Below, one piece after another: positions 31,262-39,240 of a DNA stretch of 64,000 nt. Position 1 is the stretch's first letter. Every line of letters begins with the position of its first letter. The notes under the pieces are model-generated. The model was not told where the DNA came from. It did not search any database and saw only the letters and a list, made by a program, of their open reading frames with translations. Both the position numbers and the translations under genes were made by a program. The stretch comes from Casimicrobiaceae bacterium (lineage in GTDB: Bacteria; Pseudomonadota; Gammaproteobacteria; Burkholderiales; Casimicrobiaceae). The stretch lies in the NCBI GenBank assembly GCA_035515295.1, contig DATJBM010000034.1:5346-69345 (forward strand), given 5' to 3'.

Positions 31262-32287
31262 ATGGCCATGCTGGTGCCGACCACGATCGCGGGGAGCCTT
31301 CCCAAGCCGGAATGGCTGAGCCCCCCCGGGGTGCTGTGGGCGCCATGGCTGCTGGAAGGGGCCACGCTCGAGGAAGGCAAGCGCGACGCGGTGCGCCTGG
31401 CGCTCTTCGACCAGGAGCACGCGGGCATCGACATCGTCACCGACGGCGAGCAGACGCGCCGTCACTTCGTCACCACGCTGATCGAGAACCTCGAAGGCGT
31501 GGATTTCGAGCACAAGAGAACGGTACGCATTCGCGACCGTTACGACGCCGCCGTGCCGGTAGTCGTAGGCGAGGTGGCGCGCCGGCACCCCGTCTTCACC
31601 GACGCCGCGCGCTTCGTGCGGAGCCAGACGCAGCGCAAGGTCAAGTACACGCTCCCCGGCCCGATGACGATGGTCGATACGCTCTACGACGCCCACTACC
31701 GGAGCCGTCAGAAGCTGGCCGAGGCGTTCGCGGCGATCCTGAACGAGGAGGCGCGATCGATCGAGGCCGCGGGGGTCGACGTGATCCAGTTCGACGAGCC
31801 GGCATTCAACGTCTACTTCGACGAAGTGCGCGACTGGGGCATCGCCGCGCTCGAGCGCGCTGCCGAGGGCCTACAGTGCACGACGGCTGTCCACATCTGC
31901 TACGGCTACGGGATCAAGGCCAACACCGACTGGAAGAAGACCCTCGGGTCGGAGTGGCGCCAGTACGAGAACACTTTTCCTCTTCTGGCGCGCTCCGGCA
32001 TCGACCAGGTGTCGCTCGAATGCGCGAATTCCCGGGTGCCCCTCGAGCTGCTGCGCCTGCTCCCCGGCAAGGACGTGCTGGTCGGAGCGATCGACGTGGC
32101 GACCGACCGGGTGGAGACGCCGGAAGAGGTGGCCGAGACCCTGCGCGCGGCCCTGAACCACGTGCCGCCGGAGCAGATCGTCGCCTGCACCAACTGCGGC
32201 ATGGTGCCCCTCCCACGCGCCGTGGCGCGCGGGAAGCTCGCCGCCCTGGCGGCGGGGGCGGCTTTGGTTCGGAGGGAGATCGGCTGA
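31262..32287 (+). CDS. Short cobalamin-independent methionine-synthase-like methyltransferase (MetE C-terminal domain only)
   Basis: PTTIAGSLPKPEWL, DIVTDGEQTRRHF, IQFDEPAF, HICYGYG, CTNCGM (Zn-ligand-like His/Cys/Cys). Start trimmed to ATG 31262 behind GAGGAGAAG. Confidence 0.75.
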   Translation: MAMLVPTTIAGSLPKPEWLSPPGVLWAPWLLEGATLEEGKRDAVRLALFDQEHAGIDIVTDGEQTRRHFVTTLIENLEGVDFEHKRTVRIRDRYDAAVPVVVGEVARRHPVFTDAARFVRSQTQRKVKYTLPGPMTMVDTLYDAHYRSRQKLAEAFAAILNEEARSIEAAGVDVIQFDEPAFNVYFDEVRDWGIAALERAAEGLQCTTAVHICYGYGIKANTDWKKTLGSEWRQYENTFPLLARSGIDQVSLECANSRVPLELLRLLPGKDVLVGAIDVATDRVETPEEVAETLRAALNHVPPEQIVACTNCGMVPLPRAVARGKLAALAAGAALVRREIG

Positions 32288-32329
32288 AGCGGCCGCCGGG
32301 AGCCCGAAAAACACCGCCCGACGGCCGGT

Positions 32330-32358
32330 TTGACCTCCGCGGTGGCGCCGCGTATAGT
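32330..32358 (+). promoter_or_regulatory. Sigma70-type promoter of the cold-shock gene
   Basis: TTGACC (32330-32335), 17-nt spacer, TATAGT (32353-32358). This predicts a leader of roughly 135-140 nt before the csp ATG. Confidence 0.6.
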
Positions 32359-32501
32359 CCGCTTCGTGTTTTGTTTCAAGTACTAAAGCACGACCTGTCC
32401 GGCTCATTGGCCGTTGCCGAAGCGCCGTACTTTCCTGTCCTTGAGATCAGAACATCGAACGGGTTCGACCCGACTTTTTATTTGCTTATAGGATTGGAAA
32501 C

Positions 32502-32705
32502 ATGCCAACTGGAACGGTTAAGTGGTTCAACGATGCGAAGGGGTTCGGCTTCATTACGCCGGACGGCGGGGGAGAGGATTTATTCGCCCACTTCTCGGCC
32601 ATCAACATGCCGGGATTCAAATCGTTGAAGGAAGGGCAGAAGGTGAGCTTCGAAGTCACCCAGGGCCCGAAGGGTAAGCAGGCGTCGAACATCCAGATCG
32701 TCTGA
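32502..32705 (+). CDS. CspA-family cold-shock protein
   Basis: [34 protein letters not shown] (RNP1 KGFGFI, RNP2 DLFAHF); 67 aa. Confidence 0.95.
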   Translation: MPTGTVKWFNDAKGFGFITPDGGGEDLFAHFSAINMPGFKSLKEGQKVSFEVTQGPKGKQASNIQIV

Positions 32706-32728
32706 ACCCGCACCCGCACCCAACACGC

Positions 32729-32759
32729 AAGCCGGGCGCCGCCCGGCTTCTTTCTTTCT
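32729..32759 (+). terminator. Rho-independent terminator after csp
   Basis: AAGCCGGGCG-CCGCCCGGCTT stem followed by CTTTCTTTCT. Confidence 0.65.
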
Positions 32760-32778
32760 AGCGCCCGCGCAATGCCGG

Positions 32779-34092
32779 TCAGCCGGGCACCGCCCGCCGC
32801 GGCACGAACACCTCCGCGGGCGACTCCGTCCGGCGCCAGACGAGTCCCAACGTCGCGCCCATCAGCGCCCAGAAAAGGACTGCGTTCCCATAGACCGCGA
32901 GATCGTTGGTCGAGTTCTTCGTGAGCAGCGCCAGCACCAGCCCCACCGCGACGGCGGCCCAGGCCTTTGCGCGATCGCCCGCATGCCGCGCCCTCTGCCA
33001 CGCCAGGCGCACGAGTTGGTAGTGCAGCCAGAGCCACACGGCGAGACCGACCACGCCCACTTCGAGCAGCAGATCGAGGATCAGGTTATGGCCATGTGCG
33101 CCGGCCTGCGGATCGATCCGCAGCAGCGCCGCATCCTCGTCGACGCGATAGGCGCGCGGCGGGACGCTCCGCCCCAGACCGATGCCGAGCCAGGGATGCT
33201 CGCGGACGAACGCCGAATACGTCGCCCAGATCGCGGGACGCGAATCGGAGGCCATCATCTCCAGCGCTACGCTGTGGTCCAGCGGACGGGCCTCGGGCAG
33301 CCGGACGCGCGAGATGAGCTCGACGCACGCGGCCGAGACGATCAGCCCCGCCAGGGCGATCGTCAGCACGGATCTCCAGCGGAGCGCCCCGCGCAGGATC
33401 CCATAGGCCATGAGAAACCCGATGAGCGAGACGAACAGCGAAGCGATCAACGTGCGGCTCTCGCTTAAGAAACCGAGCGCGGCGAAGACGGCAACGCACA
33501 GCGCGGCGATCCACCGGGGCCAGCCCGCGCGAGAGCGGACGACGACCCGATACAGCGGCACCGCGATGAACGCCACGTAGGTGTTCGCATCGGGCGCCGC
33601 GCCGGCCCGCCACGCCAGCCACCCGAGCACGCCCGGCCGCGCCGCCGCGTCGGGATCGGTGCCCAGGATCACCGCGGCCGACATCGTGGCCACGCATAGC
33701 AGCGTCCCCGCCGTCGCGCCCGCGGCGAACGCGAGCCGGCCACCCAGCGCTTCGACGGCGATGAAGCTCACCAGAAAGATCACGAACGGATAGAATTGAT
33801 CGCTGCGAAAGCTCTGGAACGAAGCTTCGGGCAGCGCGGACCAGGCGACCGAGATCACCGCGAAGGCGAGCCATACCAGCCATTGGGCGAAGCCCGGAAC
33901 GTCCTTCCAGGGTCGAAAGCCGAACTGCAGCAGCGCGGCCGCGGCCACGAAAGCGACGAGGCTGTTGCGCAGCGCCGTAACGTGGGCCAGCGGAAGAATG
34001 GCGAGCAGCACGCCGAGGGCCACGCACAGCGCGCGCAGCGCCAGCGGGTCGCGAGCGATGCTGTGTTGGCTGGCCGTCGGGATGAGTTGCAT
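32779..34092 (-). CDS. O-antigen ligase / Wzy_C-family polytopic membrane protein
   Basis: About 10 or more hydrophobic segments and a periplasmic loop with SESRTLIASL...AGAHGHNLILDLLLEVGVVG (Wzy_C-like H-x-H-N...E-x-G). Start trimmed to ATG 34092. Confidence 0.7.
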   Translation of the reverse strand: MQLIPTASQHSIARDPLALRALCVALGVLLAILPLAHVTALRNSLVAFVAAAALLQFGFRPWKDVPGFAQWLVWLAFAVISVAWSALPEASFQSFRSDQFYPFVIFLVSFIAVEALGGRLAFAAGATAGTLLCVATMSAAVILGTDPDAAARPGVLGWLAWRAGAAPDANTYVAFIAVPLYRVVVRSRAGWPRWIAALCVAVFAALGFLSESRTLIASLFVSLIGFLMAYGILRGALRWRSVLTIALAGLIVSAACVELISRVRLPEARPLDHSVALEMMASDSRPAIWATYSAFVREHPWLGIGLGRSVPPRAYRVDEDAALLRIDPQAGAHGHNLILDLLLEVGVVGLAVWLWLHYQLVRLAWQRARHAGDRAKAWAAVAVGLVLALLTKNSTNDLAVYGNAVLFWALMGATLGLVWRRTESPAEVFVPRRAVPG

Positions 34093-34256
34093 AGCGCGCC
34101 GCTGAACACGGGCGTTGCGAAGGGCATCGCGACCTCGCGGCGGGACCTCGGACGACAAGGCTTTCGGCCGCGACGGCTGCCGCATTCTAGGAGCAATCCC
34201 TTGCCTTTACAAATCTCCGGTACGACGCGGCGCGCGTCGCGCGCCGGAGCGATTCG

Positions 34257-34880
34257 ATGACGGACTGGCCTGGCGTGCTCTGCGTCGCCACGGTCTGGTC
34301 GTACTGGATCGGCGTCGGGATCATGATCGCGCGCGTGCACCGCAAGACCCGGCATAGCCGCGGGCTGATGCCCGAGCAACCGCTCGAGCGCGCCCTGGCG
34401 CTGGTCTGGGTGCCGCTGGTCGCGGCATGGCTGACGCTGCCGTATCTGTCGCTGGTGCGCGGGCAGGCACTGCTCGCGGCGCCCGCGTTCGCCCGCGTGG
34501 CGTGGTACGCGGCGCCGCGCGCGCTCGCGGCGGTGGTGGGGCTGGCCGCGCTGCTCGCCACGAGCCTGTGCTGGTCGCGCATGGGGCTCGCCTGGCGCAT
34601 GGCGGTGAGCACGACCGAGCGCCAGCCCCTGATCAGCGACGGACCGTTTCGCTATGTGCGCCATCCGATCTACGCGCTCCAGATGCTGCTCATGGGTTGC
34701 TCGCTCGTGGTGGTGCCGACCGGCCCGATGCTCGCCGTTGCCGCGGTGCACCTCGTTCTCATCCATCTCAAGGCGCGGAACGAGGAACGGCATCTCGGGC
34801 GCGTGCACGGCGACGCCTATCGGCGCTATGCCGCGCGCACCCGACGCTTCCTGCCATGGCCGTCGGCCGAGCCGCGTTAG
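34257..34880 (+). CDS. ICMT/phospholipid-methyltransferase-family membrane methyltransferase
   Basis: TM-rich 207 aa. C-terminal signature LISDGPFRYVRHPIYALQMLL...HLKARNEERHLGRVHGDAYRRYAARTRRFLPW is typical of isoprenylcysteine carboxyl methyltransferase-like enzymes. Confidence 0.75.
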   Translation: MTDWPGVLCVATVWSYWIGVGIMIARVHRKTRHSRGLMPEQPLERALALVWVPLVAAWLTLPYLSLVRGQALLAAPAFARVAWYAAPRALAAVVGLAALLATSLCWSRMGLAWRMAVSTTERQPLISDGPFRYVRHPIYALQMLLMGCSLVVVPTGPMLAVAAVHLVLIHLKARNEERHLGRVHGDAYRRYAARTRRFLPWPSAEPR

Positions 34881-35875
34881 CACTGTGCGTCGCGGCAGCG
34901 GCGCTGCACGCCGCCGAAGCGAGGGCCGCGGATACGGAGGCGCCCTTCGCGCTCGATCGGCTCGCCGTCGACGCGAAGGTCGAGGCGCGCGTGCTGGCGC
35001 TCGATCCCGAGCGCCTGTCCGCCCGTGACGTGAGCGAGACGCTGGCGCGGGTTCCCGCGCCGAGAATCATCGCCCTCCAGGGAAGCGTGCCCCTGATCAC
35101 CATGACGCCGTTCGCCGAGTTCCTGATCGCCATGGGCTATCCCGAGGAGCGCATCCGCAACCCCCGGGACGGCGCGCTGTCGTACTCGAGCCACGTCGAC
35201 GCCCGGGCGCTCGCCGGCACGCTCGCGTGGTACGACGAGCACGAAGGTATCATGCCGATGTTGATTGGACACAGCCAAGGAGGCATGATCGCAATCAAGG
35301 TTCTGCACGAGCTCGCCGGCTCCTTCGGCGACGCGATACCGGTGTGGAATCCGTTGCGCGCCGCGGCCGAGGCGCGGACCACCATCGTCGATCCGCTCAT
35401 GGGACGGGAGCGTCCGGTGGTCGGCCTCAAGGTCCCCTACGCCGCGGCGCTCGCCACCGGCAAGCTGCCGCGACTGCTCCTGGGCCAGTGGAGCATGCTA
35501 TCCCGGCTGCAGCAGATTCCCGACACGGTCGAGGATTTCACCGGCTTCTCTTTCAGCTGGGATCCCATCGCGGGCAACTTCGGCCACGCCGAGCCCTACC
35601 GCGCGACCGGATCGGCGCGCGTGCGCAACGTGCTCCTTCCGGCGCGCGCGAGCCATATCACGCTTCCTCGCGCCGACGCGCTGGCGCGCAATCCCGCCAC
35701 CCGCGAGTGGATCGAGCGCTACTTTCCGGGCACGACGGCCGCGTTCCCGGACGTCGCGGTCGACACCGCCAACCTGCTGCACGCGGCGGACATCTGGTAC
35801 AGCGTGAAGAAACACTGGTGTATCGAAGCGCAGCGTCTGCTGCGCGCACGTCGGGGCGACGCCGGAAGGGGATGA
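34856..35875 (+). CDS. Exported alpha/beta-hydrolase (lipase-like) protein, paralogue A
   Basis: Start trimmed to ATG 34856 (25-nt overlap with the methyltransferase). Sec signal MAVGRAALALCVAAAALHAAEARA. Nucleophile elbow LIGHSQGG. Downstream conserved IPDTVEDFTGF and SHITLP are candidate Asp and His. Roughly half the positions look identical to 37251-38318 by eye. Confidence 0.7.
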   Translation: MAVGRAALALCVAAAALHAAEARAADTEAPFALDRLAVDAKVEARVLALDPERLSARDVSETLARVPAPRIIALQGSVPLITMTPFAEFLIAMGYPEERIRNPRDGALSYSSHVDARALAGTLAWYDEHEGIMPMLIGHSQGGMIAIKVLHELAGSFGDAIPVWNPLRAAAEARTTIVDPLMGRERPVVGLKVPYAAALATGKLPRLLLGQWSMLSRLQQIPDTVEDFTGFSFSWDPIAGNFGHAEPYRATGSARVRNVLLPARASHITLPRADALARNPATREWIERYFPGTTAAFPDVAVDTANLLHAADIWYSVKKHWCIEAQRLLRARRGDAGRG

Positions 35876-37254
35876 TGACCGCGCACGCGGACGGCGCGCC
35901 CCGTTCGACGGCGGCGCGGAAGGTAGGGCGCTCGACGCGGCGGAGCGATGCGCCAGCGCGCCTTGCCGGCAAGCTCAATCTGTTCCAGGCGATGGTGCTG
36001 CGCTGGCGCGAGCTCGATCCTTACGTGGCGGTGCACATGGTGGGCGTGCCCCGGCGCCTCGAAGCGGCGCGTCTCGAGGCGCACATCGGCGCGGAGCTCG
36101 AAGCGGCCGGCCTGGCGCGCATCGCGCTCGATCCGCAACGCCGGCGGTTCGAATTCCTGTCCGGTCCGGCCGCGATCGATCTCGCCGTGCGGGCGGGCGG
36201 AAACGACCCCCAGTCGGTGGCGCGTGCGGAAATCGAGCGTCAGCTCAACGGCGCTTTCCCGAGCGACGGCGCGTTCACGCCGTTCCGGTTTTTCGCGATC
36301 GACGCCGGCGCGACGTTCGAGCTGGGCATCGCCTACGACCATTTCATCGCCGGCGGCGACTCGATCGCGGTGCTGCTCGAGCGGCTCGCCGCCGGCTATG
36401 GCGCCGACGGGGCGGTCGGCACATGGTCGCCGCGACGCTATCCGCGCACCTACGGCCGCCTTTTCCGGCGCGACCTCGGCTATGCGCTGCGCGGACTGCT
36501 GCGCCTGCCGGCGATGGCGGCAAGCTGCCGTCGATCGGTACGCGCCCCGTGCCGCGGCGATCGCTCCGCGGGCACCGGCTTCGTATCCTTCCGCGCGTCG
36601 GACCACGCGCTCGCCGCGCTGCTGAGCACCGCGAAGTCCTGGCGGGTGACGATGAACGATCTGGTGCTGGCGATGCTCCTGCGGGCGCTGGCCGAGGTCG
36701 TTCCGCGGGGCAAGCGTCCCGACCGCAGTGAGCTCGGGGTGGCGTCGATCGTGAACCTGCGCGCGGAATTCGAGTCCGACGCCCATGACACGTTCGGCTT
36801 GTTCCTCGCCTCGCTGCGCATAGCGCATCCGGTTCCCGGGGGCATCGCGCTCGAGCGACTGGCCGCCGAAGTCCATGCCGAGACGCAACGTATCAAGCGC
36901 GAGAAGCTCTATCTGCAGACCCTGGTCGCGCTCGGGTGGACCGGCCTCGCCTGGCGCTTTCTTTCTCCCGACCGGCGACGGCGGTTTCTCGCCAAGCATT
37001 ACCCGCTATGGGCGGGCGTGACGGGACTCAACATCGACGCGCTGTGGTCGGAAGCGACATTGCGCGATGCGCCGATACGCTACACGCGGGCCGTGCCGAC
37101 GGGACCGCTCGCGCCGCTGGCGGTCGCCATCACGACCTTCCGCGGCGCGATGCAGATCGGCGTGTCGTTCCGTCAGGCCGACGTCCCAGGCGACACCGCC
37201 ACGCGCATCGGCCGCGCGTTGCTCGCGCAGATCGAGACGCTGGCATCGAGATGA
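35872..37254 (+). CDS. Stand-alone condensation-domain-like acyltransferase
   Basis: Start ATG 35872 overlaps the preceding stop (ATGA) and sits behind GGAAGGGG. About 460 aa. N-terminal LNLFQAMVLRWRELDPY resembles C-domain motif C1. YDHFIAGGDSIAVLL aligns with the HHxxxDG catalytic motif (second His kept, Asp replaced by Gly). Confidence 0.6.
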   Translation: MMTAHADGAPRSTAARKVGRSTRRSDAPARLAGKLNLFQAMVLRWRELDPYVAVHMVGVPRRLEAARLEAHIGAELEAAGLARIALDPQRRRFEFLSGPAAIDLAVRAGGNDPQSVARAEIERQLNGAFPSDGAFTPFRFFAIDAGATFELGIAYDHFIAGGDSIAVLLERLAAGYGADGAVGTWSPRRYPRTYGRLFRRDLGYALRGLLRLPAMAASCRRSVRAPCRGDRSAGTGFVSFRASDHALAALLSTAKSWRVTMNDLVLAMLLRALAEVVPRGKRPDRSELGVASIVNLRAEFESDAHDTFGLFLASLRIAHPVPGGIALERLAAEVHAETQRIKREKLYLQTLVALGWTGLAWRFLSPDRRRRFLAKHYPLWAGVTGLNIDALWSEATLRDAPIRYTRAVPTGPLAPLAVAITTFRGAMQIGVSFRQADVPGDTATRIGRALLAQIETLASR

Positions 37255-38318
37255 GCGTACTGCGTATCGCCTCAGTCGTGGCGCTGGTCGCGCTCCTCGC
37301 GGCTTGCGCCACGGCGCCTTATCAGGCGCCGGGGAAAGTGGGCCCGCCACCGCAAGCCGGCGCGGTGCTCAGATCGATCCCGCTCGATCCCGCACTGGAG
37401 GAGCGCATTCTCGCGCTGGATCCCGATCACGTCATGGCGGCCGACGTGCGCGATACGCTCGCCCAAGTGCCGGCGCCGCGCATCGTGCTGATCCACGGCG
37501 GCATCTATCCCGTCTATCTCGCCATGAGCTCCTTCGCCGAATTCCTGATCGGCATGGGTTATCCGGAGAAGGAGCTGCGCCGCCCCGACAACGTTCTCGA
37601 CAGCTTCTATTCGTACAGTCCCTATCAGGACAGCCGCGAGCTCGCGGGAATCGTCGCCTGGTACTACGAGCGCGACGGGATGCGGCCGATGATCATCGGC
37701 CACAGTCAGGGCGGGGTGCAGGCGGTCAAGGTGCTCGACGAGCTGGCCGGAATCTTCGGCGAGAAGATCGACGTGTGGAACCCCGTCACCGACGAGTCCG
37801 AGCATCGCACGACGATCGTCGATCCGCTGACCGGCCGAGTCCGTCCGGTCGTGGGGTTGAGCGTGTGCTACGTGTCCGCCGTCGGCGCGGGCGGCGCGGC
37901 GCTGCTGTTGCCAAACCAGTGGAGCATGGTGCATCGGCTGCACACCATCCCCGACAGCGTCGACGATTTCACGGGGTTTTCCATCAGCGGCGACCTGGTC
38001 GCGCTAACCTTCGCCGGCGCGAAGGGCGCCGCCGACTACCATCCCAACGGAACAGCGAAAGTGCGCAACGTCTTCCTGCCGGCGCAGTACAACCACGTCG
38101 TCATGCCCGCGACGCGGGATCTCGCTCGGCGCGAGGCGATGCGCGCATGGATCGACGCTTACGTTCCGGGGAAGCCGGGCCAGGCGGAAACCATGCCGAA
38201 GGGGGACAACGACGGCGCGCTGTGGGCCGCGGACGTGTGGTACAGCATCAAGAAGCACTGGTGCCTGGAGCTGCAACGGCTCATTCACGCCCGGCGCGCC
38301 GCGCTCGTGGCGCAGTGA
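37251..38318 (+). CDS. Lipoprotein alpha/beta-hydrolase (lipase-like), paralogue B
   Basis: Start ATG 37251 overlaps the preceding stop (ATGA). Lipobox in MSVLRIASVVALVALLAAC. IIGHSQGG elbow, IPDSVDDFTGF, NHVVMP, and a C-terminal WYSIKKHWCLELQRL shared with paralogue A. Confidence 0.7.
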   Translation: MSVLRIASVVALVALLAACATAPYQAPGKVGPPPQAGAVLRSIPLDPALEERILALDPDHVMAADVRDTLAQVPAPRIVLIHGGIYPVYLAMSSFAEFLIGMGYPEKELRRPDNVLDSFYSYSPYQDSRELAGIVAWYYERDGMRPMIIGHSQGGVQAVKVLDELAGIFGEKIDVWNPVTDESEHRTTIVDPLTGRVRPVVGLSVCYVSAVGAGGAALLLPNQWSMVHRLHTIPDSVDDFTGFSISGDLVALTFAGAKGAADYHPNGTAKVRNVFLPAQYNHVVMPATRDLARREAMRAWIDAYVPGKPGQAETMPKGDNDGALWAADVWYSIKKHWCLELQRLIHARRAALVAQ

Positions 38319-38469
38319 TCGGCGCCTCGCGTAAGAATCCGAGCGTTGCCGGACCCGGCTTCCCCATAGGATAATGAGTGGTTTTTGCGCCAAGGCGCGC
38401 CTTGTTGGAAGGCGCCCGCGCAAGACTCCGGCGGCCCGCGGGCCGCGACCACTCACCGATTCTTCGAGC

Positions 38470-39225
38470 ATGCCAGGCGCCCTCGCCGGAAAAGTCGCGC
38501 TCGTCACCGGCGCCTCGCGCGGCATCGGACGCGCCATCGCGCTGAAGCTCGCCACCGCGGGCTGCGACGTCGCCGTCAACTACTACAACAGCGCGGACGA
38601 GGCCGAGGCGGTGTGCGCGGAGATCCGGGCGCTGGGGCGGCGCGCGTGCGCCCTGCAGGCGAGCGTCGGCATTCCGGAGAGCGTGGACGAGATGTTCGGC
38701 GAGCTCGGCAGGCGCTTCGATCGCCTCGACATCGTGGTGAGCAACGCCGCGAGCGGCGTGCTCAAGGCGGCCATGGAGATGACGCTCAAGCACTGGCGCT
38801 GGTGCCTCGAGACCAATGCCTTCGCGCTCGACCTTCTCGCTCAGCGCGCCGTGCCGATGATGCCGGCCGGCGGACGCATCATTGCGCTCTCGAGCCTCGG
38901 CGCGTCGCGCGCCATGCCTCACTACGGCTTCATCGGCGCCTCCAAGGCCGCGCTGGAATCGCTGGTGCGCACGCTCGCGCAGGAGCTGGGGCCGAAGCAC
39001 ATCCGCGTCAACACGGTGAGCGCCGGGGTCGTGGACACCGATGCGCTGCGCTACTTTCCCAATCGCGAGGAGCTGCTCGCCGACTTCGCGCGGCGGACGC
39101 CGGCCGGGCCCCGGCTCACGCCGGAGGACGTCGCCGGCGCGGTCTATCTGCTGTGCCTGCCCGAAGCGGCCATGATCAGCGGGCACACGCTGGTCGTCGA
39201 CGGCGGCTTCGCCATCTCCGGCTGA
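38470..39225 (+). CDS. SDR-type enoyl-ACP reductase resembling Bacillus FabL
   Basis: [85 protein letters not shown]. These blocks parallel my recollection of B. subtilis FabL (YgaA). Start trimmed to ATG 38470. Confidence 0.65.
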   Translation: [251 protein letters not shown]

Positions 39226-39240
39226 CTGGGGACGGCGCCG

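Noticed and set aside
34427-34855. N-terminal extensions of track ORFs. Examples: 34427-35875, 35227-37254, 36936-38318, 43651-44289, 44073-45644, 47951-50278, 54865-57579, 25739-27376, 7476-9881, 11379-13145, 18525-19694, 58527-60833.
   Set aside because: The extended parts overlap the preceding gene in another frame and read as Arg/Gly-rich filler. Internal ATG or GTG codons with an RBS-like purine tract, or with stop/start overlap (ATGA, GTGA), give N-termini that match family expectations (signal peptides, lipoboxes, conserved first motifs).
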